Source: a virus
Length of the DNA stretch: 64,000 nt
IMG/VR virus record: IMGVR_UViG_3300028416_000006
Reading direction: 5' to 3' (one strand)
Shown: piece after piece, positions 55,934 to 64,000 of the stretch
Layout of the letters: every line of letters begins with the position of its first letter
Position numbering within the stretch: the first letter of the stretch is position 1
The notes under the pieces: model-generated
What the model was told of the DNA's origin: nothing
Databases searched by the model: none
The model's input: the letters and a program-made list of their open reading frames with translations, nothing else
Program-made: the position numbers and the translations under genes

Positions 55934-58255
55934 TTAAATTGTGCAACTATCACAGTAGTCGTCATATTCATCGTCTGATTCAAAACTATCTCTTCCTAAT
56001 AGTTCTTCTTTATTTTGCTTATCAAAATCAATTTCGCCCTGTCCGTCAAATGTATTGAAGTAATACAATTGCTTACCACCATACTTGTAAAACATTACAA
56101 GATGTTGTAACATGACACTCATTGGTATCTTTTCTTCTTCATAGAATTCTGGGTTATAGCTTGTATTAACACTGATACCTTGATCAATATACTTTTGTAA
56201 TACTGCCATAATTTTTAAGTAACCTTCTGGACTACGCTGGTCCCACAGTAGGTCATATTTGTTCTTTAAGCGTGGATAACCAGGAACCACTTGCTTTAGT
56301 ACTCCGTGTTTACTTTGCTTAACACTAACAAATGCACGTGGTGGTTCAATACCGTTTGTGCTGTTGCTAATTTGTGCTGATGTTTCAGCAGGCATAAGTG
56401 CCATTAGTGTACTATTGCGAATACCTGTTGCTTTAAGTTGTTCACGCAAACCTTCCCAATCTTGTCTTTCTTTGTGAGGTACTAGCTCATCTAATTCTTG
56501 CTTGTATGTTTGATTAGGAGTAATTCCATCGCCGTATTTTGTTTCATATATACCATCAATGTTTCCTTTATCAATGGCCAAATCTGCACTTGCTTTAATT
56601 AAGTAATAACTCCATGCTTCTGCCCATTCGTCTACTAATTCTAATCCATCTTTATCAATATCTTGATAATTTAAATCATTCTTTGCTAACCAAAATGCAA
56701 AGTTAATAATACCAATACCCAATGGACGTCTTTTTGCTGTGCTTAGTTCTGCGGCTAATACTGGATACTTTTGATAATCCAATAGCTCATCTAGTCCACG
56801 CACTGCAAGTCTACATACTCGTTCAAAATCTCCTGGAGATTTAATGTTACCCCAATTAATTGCACTTAATGTACATAAACTAATTTCTCCATGTGTATCA
56901 CTGAAAAAAGATAATGGTTTAGTAGGCAAGTTAATCTCACAACATAAGTTGCTTTGTTTAATAGGTGCTACTTCTGGCTTAAACGCTCCATGTGTATTTG
57001 CATGATCCACATTCATTAAGTAAATGCGTCCAGTGTTTTTGCGTTCTTCCATAAACTGTCCAAATAGTTCTGCCGCTGGCATAACTTTCTTTCGTGTTAC
57101 TGTACGCTCTGCTTCTTCATATAATTCTTTAAATTTGTCTTGATCATCAAAAAAGGCCTCATATAGACCTGGTACATCCGATGGTGAAAATAAAGTAATA
57201 TCTCCGCCTGTGAGTAGACGTTCGTACATAAGTTTATTAAACTGTACTCCATAGTCCATATGCCTAACACGATTGTCTTCTGTACCTTTGTTATTTTTGA
57301 GAACAAGTAATTCTTCTGCTTCCATATGCCAAATTGGATAATATAGTGTTGCGGCTCCGCCTCTTACTCCACCTTGTGAGCAAGACTTAACAGAACTTTG
57401 AAATAACTTATAAAATGGAATAACACCAGTATGTGATGCGTCACCATTTCTAATTGGACTTCCTATTGAACGAATACTTCCTGCTCCAATGCCAATACCT
57501 GCTTTTTGACTTACATACTTTACAATAGCACTACTAGTTGCGTTAATGCTATCAAGACTATCATCGGTCTCAATAAGAACACAACTAGAAAATTGTCGTT
57601 GTGGTGTTCTGAGGCCTGCCATAATAGGTGTAGGCAAACTAATGTCAAAATTACTGATAGCGTCATAGTATTCCTTCACATACTTCATTCTAGTTTCTTT
57701 TGGATATGTAGCAAACAACGTTGCAGATATCATCATGTATGCAATTTGTGGTGTTTCGAATATTTCGCCTGTTACACGATTTTGTACTAAGTATTTTCCA
57801 CGAAACTGTTCCATGCCAACATATGTAATGTTTTCATCTCTGTCGTGTTTAATATAATTGTTTAATGTATTAATTTCTTCATCGCTATAAACGGAGAAAA
57901 AACTTTCATCGTAATGTCCTAGGTCAACATTTCTGCGAGCAATCTCTTTAAGATGAGGAGGCTCAAAAGATTGATAAACTATCTTTCGCAAATGATAGTT
58001 AATTAATCTGCCTGCTACCCATTGATAATTTGGAGTTTCTTCACTGATAAGATCAGCTGCTGCTTTAATTAATGTTTCTTGAATGTTTGCACTTTCAATT
58101 CCATTATAAAATTGTAAATGACTTTTTAATTCTACTTGACTTGCACTTACGCCTGTTACATCGTTGCATGCATAAAATACTACTTTATGCATTTTCTCTA
58201 GATCTAATTCTTCGCGAGATCCATCACGCTTTACTATTGTTATATCTTTACTCAT
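55934..58255 (-). CDS. nrdA: class Ia ribonucleotide reductase alpha subunit
   Basis: ATP cone, FSSC, SNLCCEI, LYY, C-terminal CDSC. Confidence 0.97.
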   Translation of the reverse strand: MSKDITIVKRDGSREELDLEKMHKVVFYACNDVTGVSASQVELKSHLQFYNGIESANIQETLIKAAADLISEETPNYQWVAGRLINYHLRKIVYQSFEPPHLKEIARRNVDLGHYDESFFSVYSDEEINTLNNYIKHDRDENITYVGMEQFRGKYLVQNRVTGEIFETPQIAYMMISATLFATYPKETRMKYVKEYYDAISNFDISLPTPIMAGLRTPQRQFSSCVLIETDDSLDSINATSSAIVKYVSQKAGIGIGAGSIRSIGSPIRNGDASHTGVIPFYKLFQSSVKSCSQGGVRGGAATLYYPIWHMEAEELLVLKNNKGTEDNRVRHMDYGVQFNKLMYERLLTGGDITLFSPSDVPGLYEAFFDDQDKFKELYEEAERTVTRKKVMPAAELFGQFMEERKNTGRIYLMNVDHANTHGAFKPEVAPIKQSNLCCEINLPTKPLSFFSDTHGEISLCTLSAINWGNIKSPGDFERVCRLAVRGLDELLDYQKYPVLAAELSTAKRRPLGIGIINFAFWLAKNDLNYQDIDKDGLELVDEWAEAWSYYLIKASADLAIDKGNIDGIYETKYGDGITPNQTYKQELDELVPHKERQDWEGLREQLKATGIRNSTLMALMPAETSAQISNSTNGIEPPRAFVSVKQSKHGVLKQVVPGYPRLKNKYDLLWDQRSPEGYLKIMAVLQKYIDQGISVNTSYNPEFYEEEKIPMSVMLQHLVMFYKYGGKQLYYFNTFDGQGEIDFDKQNKEELLGRDSFESDDEYDDYCDSCTI

Positions 58256-58293
58256 TCGCCATCCAATTTCTTTCGTTTATAATCTTAGTAAGA

Positions 58294-58728
58294 TTATTTT
58301 ACCAAGGTACTTACTTGTATATCAGCAAGTACATTGAATTCATTCATTACTTCTTTTGTGTTTATACTATCATAATTATAGTTTAAAATATGCATATCGT
58401 CAACCAAAACTATTAGCTTTATCTCACTATTTTCCACATTTTGTACATGTAATATTCTACAAGGAATATCACTGTAATGCAGAGTATATGCCATACACAA
58501 ACCTACAACATTTTCATCGTAGTTATTTGTATTTAACAAGTCCCAAGGATTAGGCCATGTAGTGTGATCATACGGATCAATAACTCTAGTACCCAAGGGC
58601 GTAGTTTTCCAAAAATCAATTACAACTCTTAGTTGTGAATTTCTATCTGAAACTTCTACTATTTCTTTTCTTAATTCGCGCCACCTACGAAGTCTAGGTT
58701 TCAGCGGTAATTGCCACGTATCTTTCAT
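58294..58728 (-). CDS. hypothetical protein
   Basis: 144 aa ORF. Confidence 0.6.
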   Translation of the reverse strand: MKDTWQLPLKPRLRRWRELRKEIVEVSDRNSQLRVVIDFWKTTPLGTRVIDPYDHTTWPNPWDLLNTNNYDENVVGLCMAYTLHYSDIPCRILHVQNVENSEIKLIVLVDDMHILNYNYDSINTKEVMNEFNVLADIQVSTLVK

Positions 58729-58733
58729 TTAAG

Positions 58734-59513
58734 TTACTTAAATGATTTTTGTATGTATGTAAATTCGTGTGAATTTGTTACATCAGTTGTATCAAATGCT
58801 AAAAGCCATTTATCGCCATCAGCTGCTAAACTAAATTCAACAGGTACTGTTCCATTGGAAATATCGTATTCATCTTTAATAGACGAGTTAGTAGCTGTTC
58901 CAGTTTTATCAATTAATATTTTTAATGTACCATGTCTAAATCCAGTTGCAACTGATAATGTATAATCAAGTGTTATGCTATCTTTATTATCAATTAAAAA
59001 TGATACTTCTTTGGTTCCTGCAATAATATTCTCAGGAGTTCCGGCTGCTTGAGCTTTAGCAAATGTGATTGTTTTTGGTGGGTTTGGAAATGCTTCCGCA
59101 TTATACCCAAACTCTCTATTATAATTAAAATAAACTATATCATTAACATCGGGTACTCTGTTTCCAGAAAGAATTAAACCATCAACATTTATTTTTACTG
59201 TTTCATCTTCAAATGAAATTAACGAACCAGGGACTTCAATATTAGTAGTCGAATCAAATGGATCAATTGTTATAGAGTAAGTAACTTCATTTAATAATTC
59301 AATAAAACTTTCAGTAATAGGAGTACTACCTACTGTAAATTCATATTGCCATTCAGTTAATGTACACGTACCTTTAGACCCTTGAATAGGTTCCATTCCC
59401 ATAAAAACCTTTTGTACATCAGTTGCCAATCCTAATTCACCAGGAAGTAGTTTTGGAAGCTGTGCTATATCGCCTTTACGTGCAGTTATTCTTGCTTTAG
59501 TTACTGTTGCCAT
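58734..59513 (-). CDS. probable structural protein
   Basis: N-terminal LLPGELGLATD fibre-anchor-like motif; late motif upstream. Confidence 0.6.
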   Translation of the reverse strand: MATVTKARITARKGDIAQLPKLLPGELGLATDVQKVFMGMEPIQGSKGTCTLTEWQYEFTVGSTPITESFIELLNEVTYSITIDPFDSTTNIEVPGSLISFEDETVKINVDGLILSGNRVPDVNDIVYFNYNREFGYNAEAFPNPPKTITFAKAQAAGTPENIIAGTKEVSFLIDNKDSITLDYTLSVATGFRHGTLKILIDKTGTATNSSIKDEYDISNGTVPVEFSLAADGDKWLLAFDTTDVTNSHEFTYIQKSFK

Positions 59514-59540
59514 AATTGTTTCTTCCTTATATTAATGTAT

Positions 59541-60230
59541 TTATGATAGGCGGTAGAATTTTTCTAACCTTTGAGCCCACTTTATTTCCCAATCTTTGAA
59601 ATCATTTGTGTCACTTTCAAATAGTTGCCATTCACAATCTCCACTACACATAAAGATAGCAATACGGCTAATATCAGTGCCATACATCTCGTTGTGTGCG
59701 TTTGCGTATGCGGCGCCTTGTAGGAAATAATCATCAATCCATTCACGCTTTTTAGGTTTATTTGTTTGTTTAAAGTCCATAATAGTTGCTTCGCCTTTGT
59801 ATACACCAACTAAATCTGTTGTGCCTGCATACAATTCTTTTGCTACTAAGTTTACTTCTGTACCCCATATTTCATCAACATCATTTTCAATGTTATCCAC
59901 AACCACTTGTGCCATTGCTTTAGCTTGTTGATGTACTATATTGTTTCCTGGGTTATATGTTTCGTATTCGCCTAATGCCCAATGTTCTAATATATTGTGC
60001 ATAACTGTTCCACGATTTGCAGCAGTTGTTGTAATACGCTGTGCTTCTTCTGTACCAACACGCTTACGCCAATTTGCTAACGCTTGTCGCTTTTCTGCTG
60101 GTTGTGTAGCACTTAGGATTGTTGTTACACTTGGAACTGGATCGCCCCAAGGATTTTGATATAGACGTTTACCGTCTACACTAGTTCGTTTAAATTCTTG
60201 ATATGGGTATTGATTTATAATTTTAGGCAT
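59541..60230 (-). CDS. PD-(D/E)XK exonuclease (Cas4/MGME1-like)
   Basis: PSVTTIL, RGTVMH, AGTTD, DFKQ, QGAAY. Confidence 0.88.
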   Translation of the reverse strand: MPKIINQYPYQEFKRTSVDGKRLYQNPWGDPVPSVTTILSATQPAEKRQALANWRKRVGTEEAQRITTTAANRGTVMHNILEHWALGEYETYNPGNNIVHQQAKAMAQVVVDNIENDVDEIWGTEVNLVAKELYAGTTDLVGVYKGEATIMDFKQTNKPKKREWIDDYFLQGAAYANAHNEMYGTDISRIAIFMCSGDCEWQLFESDTNDFKDWEIKWAQRLEKFYRLS

Positions 60231-60248
60231 ACATAAAGTATACTATAA

Positions 60249-61001
60249 TTAAGACAGGATGTCAACGAATTTAGGCAAAATATAATTGTCAAATACCCAT
60301 TTATTTGCTTTAGGGCTCCAATGGTTATCATCTTCACTAATGATTAAATCATTCTCCAATAACAGTTTATCTTTTAATACATGGATATCCAGTGTTCCAT
60401 CACTTTCATAGAATTGTTCTTGTACTATTTGCCATATATTAAAATTCTTCAAAAGATAAAGATATGCACTGTCTACATTTTCGTCATTTGGATCTTCTAG
60501 CAATTCTAGTTTTATTATATGTTTAAAGTTATACAGACTATCCATGTTGTCATACCAATTTTTGTTAAAATTTTGATAAGCAGTTGACATAGACTGTGCA
60601 GACAGCGCCTCTTTTATTGATTTTTCAATATGTGCTGGTGCAGGTGAATTTATATTACGCACTACAGTATCGCTATGAACTGAATACCAGTAATGACAAG
60701 AATATGCTAGATTTGTGTAATTCTTATCTACTTCTTCTGATATTTCAAACATTCCATCTTTATCACCGTAGTGTTGAAATGTTCTATGATTGAATGTTCT
60801 GTTAGTAACAACCACATCAACATCTTTCATTTTTGCATCAACAATTGCTAATCGAAAATAATCGTAGCCTCGTCCGCCTAATGAATAATTAAAATATTGA
60901 TGTTGTGGGAATTGTTGTGCTAGTAAATAAGACCAATGATTTTTTCCTTGGCCTTCTTGGTCATAAGCTGAGAAGCTATCCCCAATAAATGCTATTTTCA
61001 T
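60249..61001 (-). CDS. SGNH/GDSL hydrolase-like protein
   Basis: FIGDSFS, NYSLGG, DNHW. Confidence 0.65.
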   Translation of the reverse strand: MKIAFIGDSFSAYDQEGQGKNHWSYLLAQQFPQHQYFNYSLGGRGYDYFRLAIVDAKMKDVDVVVTNRTFNHRTFQHYGDKDGMFEISEEVDKNYTNLAYSCHYWYSVHSDTVVRNINSPAPAHIEKSIKEALSAQSMSTAYQNFNKNWYDNMDSLYNFKHIIKLELLEDPNDENVDSAYLYLLKNFNIWQIVQEQFYESDGTLDIHVLKDKLLLENDLIISEDDNHWSPKANKWVFDNYILPKFVDILS

Positions 61002-61002
61002 A

Positions 61003-61377
61003 TTAAATTTCTATTTCTGTTAGTCCGAATTCTCTGTCTAAATATTTGTATTCTACTTTAACTGGATCCCAAACTTGAATATGTTCTATTACATCGTTTG
61101 GATCAAACGGTCCACATGTGTATACGTCTAGTTGTATTAGTGCTGGGTCAACATCATTCCATACGTGGCATGCGAAGTGTGATGTTTCAATAATAACAAC
61201 ACAAGTTGGTCCATTGTTACCTGGCATATAATCTATGTTTGCTGATATAGGACCTTCTAGTATTTTCATACCAATTTTGTCCACGAGTTCGATCATCCAC
61301 TCTTTGAGTTCAGATTCAATTGGTGGCTTATTTGCTTCAATTCTTAGGATGATATGCTTATGTACTGGCGAAAGCAT
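61003..61377 (-). CDS. speD: pyruvoyl-dependent S-adenosylmethionine decarboxylase-family proenzyme
   Basis: IETSHFACHVW, LDVYTCG. Confidence 0.82.
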   Translation of the reverse strand: MLSPVHKHIILRIEANKPPIESELKEWMIELVDKIGMKILEGPISANIDYMPGNNGPTCVVIIETSHFACHVWNDVDPALIQLDVYTCGPFDPNDVIEHIQVWDPVKVEYKYLDREFGLTEIEI

Positions 61378-61381
61378 ACTA

Positions 61382-61999
61382 CTACCAGTACACGTACCAT
61401 TTAAATGTTCTAGAAGTAACTGTATTTGTTAATCGTTCAATCTTATAACCTAAATCTGAGAAGTGTTTTATTACTTGCTGCATTTGATTTTGAATAGCAC
61501 GGTCAGTTAATGTACCTTGCCATGATGCGTAATAGTCTACACTAGTTGGATTTGGAAGTGAGTACACACCTGCTACAAATCCCAATGAAGCATTTGCTGT
61601 TCCGGCTCCAATTTCATATGACCATGTTGCACCTGGACTATCTTCTATTGTTAGTACCAAATAGCCTGCGTCTTTTGAAGCTGTCACGCCTGGAACCGAT
61701 GCATCATTGATGTCTGAGATTATTGCATTAAGTGATGTTCCAGAAGTACCTAGTGTTACTGTAGTACTATCTATAATAAGTGTGTCACCTACGTTAACTG
61801 TGGGGGTGTTAACTGTACCAATTCTTTGTATACTTGGTGTTGAAACTGTCATTGTAGTACCATCGTCAACTGACGCTTCAAATTTTCCTAGTCCACTTGC
61901 AGTAATAATAGCTTCCATGATAGCCTGTGTTTCTTTATACACAATCATATCCTGTGATGCTTTTGATCTTGCCTGGGCTGCGTTTAATCCTACACTCAT
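61382..61999 (-). CDS. probable structural protein
   Basis: Thr/Gly-rich beta insert; in late operon. Confidence 0.55.
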   Translation of the reverse strand: MSVGLNAAQARSKASQDMIVYKETQAIMEAIITASGLGKFEASVDDGTTMTVSTPSIQRIGTVNTPTVNVGDTLIIDSTTVTLGTSGTSLNAIISDINDASVPGVTASKDAGYLVLTIEDSPGATWSYEIGAGTANASLGFVAGVYSLPNPTSVDYYASWQGTLTDRAIQNQMQQVIKHFSDLGYKIERLTNTVTSRTFKWYVYW

Positions 62000-62322
62000 T
62001 TGCTCAACTCTTTATCTACTTGTTTCTTAGCCATTGCTTTGACTTTTTTCTTATTTTTTTCTGGGTCAACTTTATTTAGGTTACTAGCACCCATACTTGC
62101 AGTATTAAAATACACTATACCATCTTTAATATTATTAACAATAGGTATGTTGTCTAATTCATCAAACAGTGACTGGTCGTCAACATCTACACCCATTGCT
62201 ACTAGTTCTCCAACTAGTGTGTCAAGTGGAATGCTTTCAACTCCTTCGCTACTTAATATAGACAGTAGATCAATTACTTTTGAATCTACTACTGATATTT
62301 CAAAAAGATCAGTGTATCTCAT
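61996..62322 (-). CDS. hypothetical late protein
   Basis: MRYTDLFE N-terminus. Confidence 0.6.
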   Translation of the reverse strand: MRYTDLFEISVVDSKVIDLLSILSSEGVESIPLDTLVGELVAMGVDVDDQSLFDELDNIPIVNNIKDGIVYFNTASMGASNLNKVDPEKNKKKVKAMAKKQVDKELSK

Positions 62323-62326
62323 AGTA

Positions 62327-63085
62327 TTACTTCTTTAATACCGCGAATGCTTGTTTTAAAATTTCTTTGTTAACTTTACCATCGGCCTGTGCTTCTTTTA
62401 CCATACTTAGTGCTTGGAGATATGCATCTTCTTTCATTTCTCTTCCACCGTCGTCTGTTTCTGCACTTGCAGCATCGGCACCTTCAAAGTCGTCCATTTC
62501 TGGTTCTACTTCAATGTCACCACCTATGTCATCAAGTCCTGCATCCATACCTGCATCATCCATTCCCATGTCTGATTCTGGTGCTTGACCTTGAGCTACT
62601 AAAACTGCATCTGCCACTTGTGCGTTTGCTGATTTTACTGCTTCGAGAGCCGAGCCAATTGCCGCTTCTGCTGATGCATTAAATGTATCTGCTTCTGCTG
62701 TACCGACTTCTTCTTTCATTGCATTTGTAATACTCATTAACTCTTCTACTTGCATACTAGCTAAATTTTCAGCCATTTTCTGTAGATCGTCTGCCATATT
62801 TTTTGCTGCTAAAAGGACTTCTGCTTGGTCTAGTTCATTTTCCATTATTGGATTATTTTCCATAGCTGTGTTTATACCTTCCAGAACTAGCAATAACTTC
62901 TGATATTGCTTATTGTTTACTTCTACACCACTTTCACGTAGTGCTTTGATTTTTGTTTCAGTAACTGCTTTAACTTTTTCTAACTTGGCGTTGCCAGCTG
63001 AAAAGTCAAAACTCATACCAAATACTTCTTTAAGTGTTGAATCTAATTTGTTTAGATTCTTTACGTTTAATTGTTTTAATTCCAT
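62327..63085 (-). CDS. acidic coiled-coil protein, prohead core/scaffold-like
   Basis: Glu/Asp/Ala-rich; late motif at 63121-63127. Confidence 0.55.
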   Translation of the reverse strand: MELKQLNVKNLNKLDSTLKEVFGMSFDFSAGNAKLEKVKAVTETKIKALRESGVEVNNKQYQKLLLVLEGINTAMENNPIMENELDQAEVLLAAKNMADDLQKMAENLASMQVEELMSITNAMKEEVGTAEADTFNASAEAAIGSALEAVKSANAQVADAVLVAQGQAPESDMGMDDAGMDAGLDDIGGDIEVEPEMDDFEGADAASAETDDGGREMKEDAYLQALSMVKEAQADGKVNKEILKQAFAVLKK

Positions 63086-63129
63086 GTTATTACCCCACTA
63101 GAGTTTTTTATTATATATTGTATTTATGC

Positions 63130-63747
63130 TCAAAGGGTACTTTTGATCTGTTTTTTGATTTCTTTCATCTTATAAACAGCTGCACCTTGTTTTGCCATTG
63201 CAATATCGTGTTTACTGCTCTCTACAATGGTTTTGCACTTCATTTTATATGTTGCTGCTTCTTGCAACGAACTTGCGTATCTGTTATCTAACTCTAATAG
63301 TCTATTTACTTTGCTATCATTATTAAATAGTAACCCTTTTACAACACCCATTGCTGTTTCAAACAATGCTAGTTCATGGTGAATAATTTCATCACCTTCT
63401 TTAATATTGTAAAATGTTTTCTTAATGCCTGGTACAATGGTTGTCTTTTCCATTGTAATTTCATAATTGTTTACTCTAACCGTATCGCCTTTTTTATCTA
63501 TTGCTGATAATTCAATGTCATTCTCTGATTCTTTTACGATATCTTTAGTAACTTGCGTTGTTGCTTCGTCTAATTTTTGTAAAATACTTAGCATACCTTC
63601 TGCATTTTTACTAACACTACCTAATATAGTAGGAGATGGTTTATTTTTCTCGTTTTTAACTTTTTGTGCAGCAGTTGGTTCTGCTTCGGCTGATTCGTTT
63701 AATTTAGCAATGATATCCATCATTCCTTTTACTTCTTCTGTTGGCAT
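63130..63747 (-). CDS. hypothetical late protein
   Basis: TAATG-coupled; several (L/I/V)xE sites. Confidence 0.6.
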   Translation of the reverse strand: MPTEEVKGMMDIIAKLNESAEAEPTAAQKVKNEKNKPSPTILGSVSKNAEGMLSILQKLDEATTQVTKDIVKESENDIELSAIDKKGDTVRVNNYEITMEKTTIVPGIKKTFYNIKEGDEIIHHELALFETAMGVVKGLLFNNDSKVNRLLELDNRYASSLQEAATYKMKCKTIVESSKHDIAMAKQGAAVYKMKEIKKQIKSTL

Positions 63748-63956
63748 TATAGGCTCCCTTTCATACGTTCATAATATACTTTATTATTCTCTACTATCTT
63801 CTTAACAATATTTTTGTTAACTAGGCTTTGAATTAGGTAAACTTCACGTTCTGACAAATCGTCTTTGCATGTACGTTCTAATAAGTTTTCGTACATTGCA
63901 CATTCGTGAAGTGAAATAAATGTTGGGATTCCGCCTGGGGTTTCAATGCTTTTCAT
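63747..63956 (-). CDS. hypothetical protein
   Basis: GGAG SD. Confidence 0.55.
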   Translation of the reverse strand: MKSIETPGGIPTFISLHECAMYENLLERTCKDDLSEREVYLIQSLVNKNIVKKIVENNKVYYERMKGSL

Positions 63957-64000
63957 TTATCTCCCCATTGCCAATTGTTTTAGGCGTTCAATTTCTTGTG

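Noticed and set aside
54794-58255. Introns or inteins in nrdA, nrdB, clpP or ligase
   Set aside because: All have normal lengths and contiguous motifs
59541-60230. Cas4 as evidence of a CRISPR system
   Set aside because: Stand-alone phage PD-(D/E)XK exonuclease without the Fe-S Cys set or cas neighbours
1-64000. Bacterial chromosome origin, given clp, infC, rpsU, iscU, fpr and ssrA
   Set aside because: These genes lack their bacterial operon partners and are mixed with fibre, PAAR, lysis genes and T4-type late promoter motifs

Overview
AT-rich, gene-dense 64 kb segment of a large (jumbo-type) lytic tailed phage, almost entirely on the minus strand. T4-like features include the ATAAATA late promoter motif, NrdA/NrdB/glutaredoxin, PhoH, an ATP-dependent DNA ligase, PAAR and tail-fibre genes. 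The host is most likely a marine alphaproteobacterium: the window carries a circularly permuted two-piece tmRNA with an alphaproteobacterial tag (ANDNYSPEMALAA), a DUF1127 gene and a ROSE-like leader on hsp20. It also holds 12 tRNAs, including unusual Ser(ACT) and Arg(GCG), and a near-complete translation/proteostasis toolkit (tmRNA, ClpX, ClpP, ClpA, ClpS, DnaJ, Hsp20, IF3, bS21, a SpoT-like HD hydrolase) in which the ClpX and ClpS substrate-recognition motifs are altered. Other content: dispersed lysis genes, two GMP reductase paralogues, redox/Fe-S genes, a coupled 7-gene tailoring-enzyme cluster, a catalytically dead ligase paralogue, and five sigma70 promoters sharing a palindromic spacer. 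The best candidate for an undescribed system is a ~200-nt multi-hairpin RNA leader preceding five translationally coupled microproteins (26.1-27.2 kb). All assignments come from motif recognition by eye; no database search was run.
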